From the NCBI RefSeq assembly GCF_009914755.1, contig NC_060929.1: a stretch of DNA of 64,000 nucleotides; one strand, 5' to 3'. The stretch comes from the human T2T-CHM13v2.0 reference genome, Homo sapiens. Below, one piece after another: positions 55,935-64,000 of the stretch (position 1 is the stretch's first letter; every line of letters begins with the position of its first letter). The notes beneath the pieces were generated by a model that saw only the letters and a program-made list of their open reading frames with translations, was not told the origin of the DNA and made no database searches. A program made the translations under genes and the position numbers.

Positions 55935-56900
55935 GTCAGTTTCGCCTCATGCCCTTCTGCATGGGAAATGGCTTGTGTTGAGTAGAGTTTAAATACATCA
56001 TCATATTGGGAAGATCTGTGCTTAAGGAGTGATGACTAGAAGATAAGGAGAGGAGCTTTTTTGTTGAATGTAAGTGAAAACTGGGCTTAGGAACGCGTGT
56101 TCAGGCTGCTGTCAGCCAGTAGCTCCTGTGCACAGAACCCAGGAGAGGATGTGGGGCCTACACTGGGAAGTTTTCTTCTAGAATCGGATCATTCTCATTT
56201 ATATTTATTTGTGACAATAATGCTGGTGTGCTCACACCAGTGTATTGTTATAATTTAGTTAACACTTGTCTGCTTTTCCAACTATGTAAACAGTGAGGTG
56301 GTCATGCTTCACTTCCCACGTGGTAGGTAGTGCAGTCCATGGTGCACAGTAGGTGCATTATAATTAGTTATCTTGTTGATGAAAAGTAGACTTTTATGAC
56401 TATTCATTTCTAAGCAGTTGCCATCTCTTTTGTTTTAAAGAAACAAAAATAAGAGTAAGTCCAGTTCCCCATTGTTTTGCTTCCTTATTATAGAATAAGA
56501 GTTTTAAGGATTAAAGCTATGGGAGTAAAATATGACATAGCTTTAGGGATAAATAAGATGATAGCCATGTCCTTGCCCCCAAATAGAGGGAAAGACAAGG
56601 GAATGAATGAGGTGTCACCTCTGGGGAGGAGGAATCCTGGAGTATGCAGGGTAGCCCATGGCCTCAGGAAGTTGGCTGGGAACCGCCGTGATAAGCCTGC
56701 AGTAGAGCCACTCTCAGGATCTCAGGTTTCCATCTCCCTGAGTGTCATGTGAAGGTGAGTGAGTTTTCTGCTGAATGGGCTGGGAATTTGGAGAGTCGCC
56801 CTGTGTTCTGATGAGACTGAGATTCTCTGTATGTCATTCACCATCATTCTCATCATTCTTCACTTCATGTGAATCTGGTAAATTCAAAAGACGTTGAATG

Positions 56901-57467
56901 GGCCAGGTGCGGTGGCTCACGCCTGTAATCCCAGCACTTTGGGAGGCTGAGGTGGCAGATCGCTTGACGCCAGGAGTTTGAGACCAGCCTGGCCAACATG
57001 GTGAAACCGTGTCTCTATTAAAAATACAAAAATCAGGCCAGGCGAGGTAGCTCACGCCTGTAATCCCAGCACTTTAGGAGGCCAAGGGGGGTGGATCACC
57101 TGAGGTCAGGAATTCGAGACGAGCCTGCCCAACATGGTGAAACCGTGTCTCTACTCAGAATACAAAAATTAGCCAGGTGTGGTGGCGCATGCCTGTAATC
57201 CCAGCTATTTGGAAGGCTGAGGCAGGAGAATTGCTTGAACCCAGGAGGCGGAGGTTGCAGTGGGCCGATTATTGCACCATTGCACTCCAGCCTGGGTGAC
57301 AGAGCAAGACTCCATCTCAAAGAAAAAAAAAAAAATTAGCCTGGCATGCTGGCACATGCTTGTAATCCCAGCTACTCAGGAGGCTGAGGCAAGAGAATCA
57401 CTTGAACCCAGGAGGCGGAGGTTGCAGTGGGCCGATATCGCACCATTGCACTCCAGCAAGACTCTAT

Positions 57468-57499
<32 letters not shown>

Positions 57500-57661
57500 G
57501 CCTGGCGTGCTGGCACATGCTTGTAATCCCAGTTACTCAGGAGGCTGAGGCAGGAGAATCACTTGAACTGGGGAGGCGGAGGTTGCAGTGAACCAAGATC
57601 ACACAACTCCACTTCATCCTGGGTGACAGAGCAAGACTCCATCTCAAAAAAAAAAAAAAAA
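56901..57661 (+). mobile_element. Compound AluS cluster: left arm (56901-57035), full Alu (57036-57335), two right arms (57336-57496, 57497-57661)
   Basis: Arms read directly; flanked by the near-TSD aaaagacgttgaatgg / aaaagactgaatgg. Confidence 0.92.
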
Positions 57662-60600
57662 GACTGAATGGCCCTGTAATTTTTAATTTTCATATACCGT
57701 GCTTTGATTCTAATTTTATTTTTTGAGTTCTCTGAAGGTTACATATACAGAGTGCTTCAGGAATGATCATTTTGTTATTATTCATGCTTCTTAACAATGT
57801 TGTTTTAGTCCAAGAAGATAATTGCCAGAGAAAGAATACAGTGCAGGAAAGAAGAGGCTGGAGCCAGTGGTGAAGAGGGATTGAGAGGACAGACATTGTG
57901 GGAATGAAATCATGAATAATCGTGTTTTTGAATTGTCCAAAAACTTCTACAAACCATGAAATGTTGGAGTTTAAATCTAATTGTTGAAAAATTCCCCACA
58001 TTCCTTGTATCCCTTAGGTTGAGCATAATTCCACATCCGTGGACTGATGCACTTCCCAAGAGGGGGCCTCATTAACTCTTCCGAGGCAGCAGCAGCAAGG
58101 GCACCCCCTCCTTTCCCCCCACACCCCATTTCTCATGGCTCTTCTTTCTCTCATCTCATGCTTAGGTTAGAAAAGGGCACAAGGTAAGGAAGCCCTTGGG
58201 AATAGGCTGAATCTGGCTATCTAATTTGGTGCCAAATACTTAATGTGCTTGAATTTAAAAACAGCAAACATGTAGAAAGGTAATTATAATTATGAGGCCA
58301 GTTCTTTAAGCTAGCTTTTTTTCCCCTCTCAAACAGCATATTGGCTTGGATGTCAGCAGGAGAAAGTGTTTTTTGCAATACACATAATGCATATATGGTC
58401 CTGTTAGCAATCTATAGAAAATAGATATTGCTCATTAAGGTAAATATTTTTGTTGATGAATGATCTGGAATGGTCTGGACTTGTTGTGTGAACAGGAAAT
58501 TGCTCTGTAGGCTTTGACTTGTGAGGTAAAGAGTGAGGCTGGTAAGATTAATTAAAGTAAATACTGTGACAATAGGATGTCAAAACCAAAAACGTGTTTC
58601 TGAAACTCAAGGAATTAATGACACATAGGGAAGTTTTTGCCATATTAAGCATAGAGTAGGAGAGGCAAGTCAAGAATAAATGAAAGAAAAATAGTAGTAC
58701 TTTAGAAGGACGTTACCAGCAGAAGATAAATTTGTAAAGACAGTAGTAACCGAAATCCATAAAAACATAGTAAGCCGGTTAGAGACACGACAGTGGTTTT
58801 CATTTGATTGTTTTGAGTGATGCAAAAGCACCTGTAAGTACATTGAGAAAAAGGAAGAGCAAGTTACTGAACAATAGGCGAGGCATGGAATGATTACAGT
58901 TTTATGAAAGTAACCCCAGAGGAGTAAATGCTTGTCTGTTGAAAAATATTTGAAGGAGCAAATATGTCTATTAGTGGGCCCTGAGGAACTGAATGGGGAA
59001 GGATGACAGAGGGAGTTTGGTTTGTAAAACATGGTTAATTTTGGTTTCGAGGTTAATTTTTTCCCCTCTTAATAAGCGGGGGCCAATTCATAACTTCTGT
59101 GTAGAAGGCATTTTGGATGGTAGTCAGGCGTGGCGGGAAAGGTGGTTGAAGCTGCTGTGTGTAGCACACTTACCGTGCTTCCAATTTAGAGCTGGGCGGG
59201 GAATTGGGAAGACCTGCTGAGGACTTTCCCAGATGCACATGCTGGCTGCCTTTGCCATTGTTCACTTAAAAAGAAAATGGAAATTTTTTATCACATTTCC
59301 TAATGATCAGATAATATACATCTCTCCATTGCCTTATGTTTATTATCAGAGTAACTCTCAGCGAAGGTTTGGTTGAATGAATGAATAAATGAATAGCTGT
59401 GTTACTGCTACACACTGTTTTCTAGTTTAGAGTATGCTTTAGTTTTCTCTAGGAAGGTAACTCATTTTTGCTTTACCTGTTCAGATGGGTAGTAGTAGTC
59501 CAAAGAGGATGCCATCAGACTTGTTTTTCTGCCTCAACTGTTCGGCTGGCGTGGCTCTTCTTGGATTGTTGAGATTCAGTTACTCTAGCATGTCAGGAGC
59601 AGTGAGTGGCCCCATGTGTTTGCTTTCCTGAAGCCTACTGAGTCCCCTAGAGGAAGCCCCTCAGCAGGGATGCCTTCTGCAAAGCCCCCGTTTCCCCCAC
59701 AGCCCTTCATGTGTGAGCGCCACCCCCTTGCAAGTGTCTCTTGGCAGGACCCTCCAGGGCCATGTTGGACCATTTTTTAATTAATATTCTTTAAAAAATG
59801 ATCAGGCAAACCTAGTCCACTCTAAATTCTTCTTGTCCAGTCTTTATTCTTTTTTTCTCTTTCCAAAATACCTTAATTGAATGTGCGATGCTCTGAAAGT
59901 TTCAGGGATAAATATGTTGACAGGGTCCAAGTTCCTTTTCTCAAGGAATTTATAATCTGATAAGAGCAGATTATTTTTAGCAGATAGTTTTGTAGTCTAC
60001 TAAATTTGACTGTGCCAGGCTCATCTGCAACACTCATGTCTTTGGTTATTGTGGAGTATAATTTGCTAAGGCATAAATTTGAATCCTCCTTGTCAAGGTG
60101 CTATCAGGAGTGAGGGGTGGATGAAACTTGCGACCTCTTCTGTGGTGTCTGATTGCCTTGCAGCATACACATTTTGATGGGGCATATCTACACTTCAGTG
60201 ATTTGTGCAAATTTGAGTGTTCCTGAGAGCTTTTTCTGAATTCTTCTCAAACGTCAAGGGTCTAATGCACAAGGAAAAATGAAAGGTCCTATAGTAGAGG
60301 GGCAAGTAGCAGCTATCATATTGAGGGCTACTAGGAATATCTTCGTGGAAGAGGTAGAGTTTGAGCAGCTGTTTGAAGGATGAGGAGAAGGTCAGTAGAT
60401 TGAGGAGTGGGCAATGGGAATTCCAGCAAGAGTAGGACAGAAGAGGCAGGACCCATCCAAGGAGCGGCAAGTGCCTAGTGTGGATGGAGAGGTATGAGGT
60501 GGGGCTGGTGCCAGCAAGGTAACATGGGGTCAGGCACAGAAAACGTGGCCCCCACGATGAGGGTTTTGGGCCCCTGTTGAAGGAGCTCATGCTTACCTGC

Positions 60601-60877
60601 GCCGAATGCCAGTGCATGGTGCAAGGGCTGTGTGTGACTTCTGAACAGCATCAAGCTCATCTTGGTGCTTTGTGGGTGCTCACTGCCATGTATGTGTCTT
60701 TCCTCTCTGCATGCTCACAGCTGGCCCATTGAACTTTACCCATTTCACCTCATAGAGTTCAAAGCCCGAAGGATCTCCTATTCTGTGCCTTTTAACTTGA
60801 TGCTGTAGGCAGTGGAGGGTGGATAGCAGGAGTGAACCTAAAGGCCAGGAACCTGGTTAGGTTCCCATGTGGACGCC

Positions 60878-61241
60878 TGATATGGTTTGGCTGTGACCCC
60901 ACCCAAATCTCATCTTGAATTGTAGTTCCCATAATTCCCACTTGTCATGGGAGGGACCCAGTGAGAGGTAATTGAATCGTGGGGGTGGGTCTTCCCTGTA
61001 CTGTTCTCGTGATAGTGAATAAGTCTTGTGAAATCTGATGGTTTTATAAATGGGAGTTCCCCTACACAAGCTCTCTTGCCTGCTGCCATGTAAGACATGC
61101 CTTTGCTTCTCCTTTGCCTTCCACCATGATTGTTAGGCCTCCCTAGCCATGCTGATCTGTGACTCCATTAAATGTTTTTCCTTTGTAAATTACCTAGTCT
61201 TGGATACGTCTTTATTAGCAGCATGAGAACAGACTAATACA
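60878..61241 (+). mobile_element. THE1 solo LTR (ERVL-MaLR), complete
   Basis: tgatatggtttggctgtg...acagactaataca termini; 5-bp TSD acgcc at 60873-60877 and 61242-61246. Confidence 0.95.
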
Positions 61242-63804
61242 ACGCCCCTGCAAGTCATGGGTGAGTAAGTCTTGGAGAGTAAGAACGTGAGGACCACAGA
61301 GACAGCCATCAGTGTTTCATTCACTGGTGTTTCCCAAGTGTCTGGAAGAGCAGATGTCAGTATTTGTTGAATGACTGAATGAGTAGTTGAAGGAATTTAA
61401 GGAATTCCCCAATTTTGCTAATTAAAGATTCTTTGGGGTTAAAAGTTGCTTCATTTCTTTTAAAATGGGGGAGGGTTGGTCTTATATCTGGGAGATCTGC
61501 CTGAAGGAATGGAATCTTTGATTGATGTTGGGGAACTAGGGGTGTCCAAGGAAGGAAGTGATAATTTCAGTGCATGGGAATTTTGGAAGTGTGAGATCTC
61601 TCATGAGGATTTTGGTCATTTGAATGCAAAATGAGGGTCTTTTATGCTGAATTCCATCTGGAGGAGGGAAGTTGGCATATGCCTAAGAGGCAAAGCAACA
61701 CATCCCAGGTCTATAGAGAAGTAATTTCACAGATTTGCCTCAGGCCCCAGCCTATTTCTTCGGCCTGCAAAAGCCAGCTCTGCAGGAAGCCTGACTCAGG
61801 AGCTCTAGGTTTAGCATCACCTACACTAGACCTAGCTTTTAAGTGAAGTTTGAGTTCCTGAACTCCCTTGTCATCTGTTCATTGAGTCAGGAGGGAGTTT
61901 TCTGATTCCAGTCATCAGAATCATATAGCCCTAGCTGTTTAACACTTGCTTCTGTTTACACTCCAGCACTCGCAGTTTTGATTGTGTCTCTTAATTAGAA
62001 TGGCTACAGGATTGCCATCTTCTCTGAGTTCTCTATTAGAATTAGGGAGTGCTGAGTGGAGGCACAGGCTTGGTTTTGGATTGGGAACTACTGGGCGCAG
62101 GTAGAGGCCACCTGCTGATCTTCCTGGTGGGTCTAGAGCCAGCTCCTAATTAACCTTCTGCAGTAGTGAGCACAGAGGAGGTGGGACTGGAATCCAGCCA
62201 TCATAGGAACCACAGCCAGGATGGAGCTGCAGATTTAACAGTGAGAGGACAAAGGCTGGGGAAAGGGCTGGCTCCCTCCCACACACCCCTCATCTAAAAC
62301 ATCTTCAATGTCAGTCCGTGGTGAATGCTAGACCTCAAAAGTTCCCATTCTTCCCCTGGTCCCCAAAGCCCACAAATGTGTGTTGAATTCTGTGTCTGTT
62401 TTATTTCACTTTTAAAAGTAGTCTCACACACAATAGAATTTGAAGCTGGAGCCCCCTCATTTTCCAGGTAATAAAAGCAAGCCTTGGAAAAGTCGAATGG
62501 CTTGGCAGAAGCACCGAGAACCTCTTGGTGTTTTTTCTGTGTCACCGCTCTGGGTCTGAGGAGGATGCCTACCTTCTAAGCTAAGCAAAGAGTAAAATCA
62601 ACGTGATACTGAAGAAAGAATCTTTGAGTGGTGCTTTTAGTCACAGGGAACAGGCTTTCCTAGAAGCTGCAATTGCCCGTGACCATGAAGGAAAACAGCC
62701 ACTTAAGAACAGAGAGAGAGAGATAGGAGTTTAGTCCTTTAGGAGGGAATCAATGGAAAGGGAAAAGGAGCTCCCATGACCACTCTCCAGCCCCACTCAG
62801 CTATCTCAGGCCTCCCTTGCTTCGCCGCATGGCGATTAGACAGCTGGGGGTGAATAATGCGGTCTGGGGTCTCCCTGAGCTTGGCCTCCGTGGGAGAGGG
62901 AAAAATAAGACCAGTGATTTCATGAGTAAAGTACGCCAGAGCACTAGGAAAGAAAGTGTGAGCTAGACTAACACAGGATGAGTATATGAATTCCAGTAAA
63001 CTCAGAAGGATTCCTTCATTTGTGATTTTTACTTTGTAGGTAAATTTCATTAGTAGCATAATATTGACTATCCTTACAGCACTGCCAAACACCAGCCTTT
63101 AATAAAAATTAACATTATCTACGTGAAAGTCTTCCTTTATGGCCACCTACTTTGGTTTAACCGATCTGAAATGATGTTGCTTAGTCAATGAGTCATCTTT
63201 TGTTGTATATCCCTAAAATACCATTGATTTGATAGTCCAGAAAGCTCAGAATGTAATATGTTCATTTCTCTATCAGTTTCCCCAGCGATTTAAATAAAAG
63301 ACAGTGACTGATTAACTAAAATAAATGGAACCAGGTTGTTAATTTTGGTTTTATAGAGAATGTGGGCTGGCAGGGAGGAAATCTTTATTTTGCAACTGGA
63401 AAAAAAATCTGACTTTGTATAAAAAAGAACAAATTCAGAGTATTTTAGATTTACCTTTGCTTTTCATTTGTTTCATGTATTCTTTAAATGGATTATAGAA
63501 TCAGAGGAGCTTATTTTCATTTTTGTGTGCGTAAGATGTGACTTAGAAGGGGTTCTCATTGTTTTGACTTAAAACACACTAATTCATTATGTATTGTATC
63601 TTGAGAACAGTGGCTACAGTTGACAGATGATTATCTATTTTCTCTGTGTGCTCTTTGGATGCAGAATTACCTGTAAAAACAAACTAGCTTAGTATGTTCT
63701 TGGTTGCTTTATGTCAGATGTATTATGTAGTTTTTCAAGTAGCAATTCTAGAGATGAAACTCTAGTTTTAGAAATATTTTAAAGACAGTATTTACAAACT
63801 GAAG

Positions 63805-63920
63805 TGGAATGTAGTGAGCTTGGAGTTGAGAAGACCTCCATTTGAATCTCTTTTCTTGGGCAGGTTACTTATCCGAGCCTCAATTTCTTGCTTAATAGAA
63901 ATAATGATTAAAGTCTGCTC
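63805..63920 (+). mobile_element. MIR fragment
   Basis: ttggagttgagaagacct...cttgggcaggttacttatccgagcctcaatttc. Confidence 0.55.
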
Positions 63921-64000
63921 TCTTTTTATTTGTAGCTTTTATTTGTGATTCAGAATTCAGAATTTCTCAAAGATTAGAAAAGTAACACAGTGTACAATAC

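Overview
Primate (almost certainly human) genomic DNA lying entirely inside the TRIO gene (Trio Rho guanine nucleotide exchange factor) on the + strand. Eight coding exons with canonical GT-AG boundaries (10017-10091, 19519-19633, 26066-26258, 29910-30422, 32196-32318, 36254-36445, 43643-43774, 55704-55934; 1574 nt) splice into one uninterrupted frame encoding the Sec14/CRAL-TRIO domain and the first spectrin repeats. These are exons 2-9 by my recollection of the canonical transcript. The rest is intron: Alus (two nested clusters), MaLR LTRs (THE1, MST), Tigger3a/MER3/MER5 DNA transposons, MIR/L2/L1 relics, an 11-copy 72-bp VNTR and simple repeats. I see no evidence of a foreign insert or a new multi-gene system. 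The best leads are regulatory: a CpG-rich, motif-dense candidate alternative promoter in intron 1, and a cluster of splicing features around exon 9 (flanking inverted Alus, duplicated GCAGGTCAG junctions, TDP-43 and RBFOX motifs). Old-repeat boundaries are approximate and subfamily calls were made by eye.
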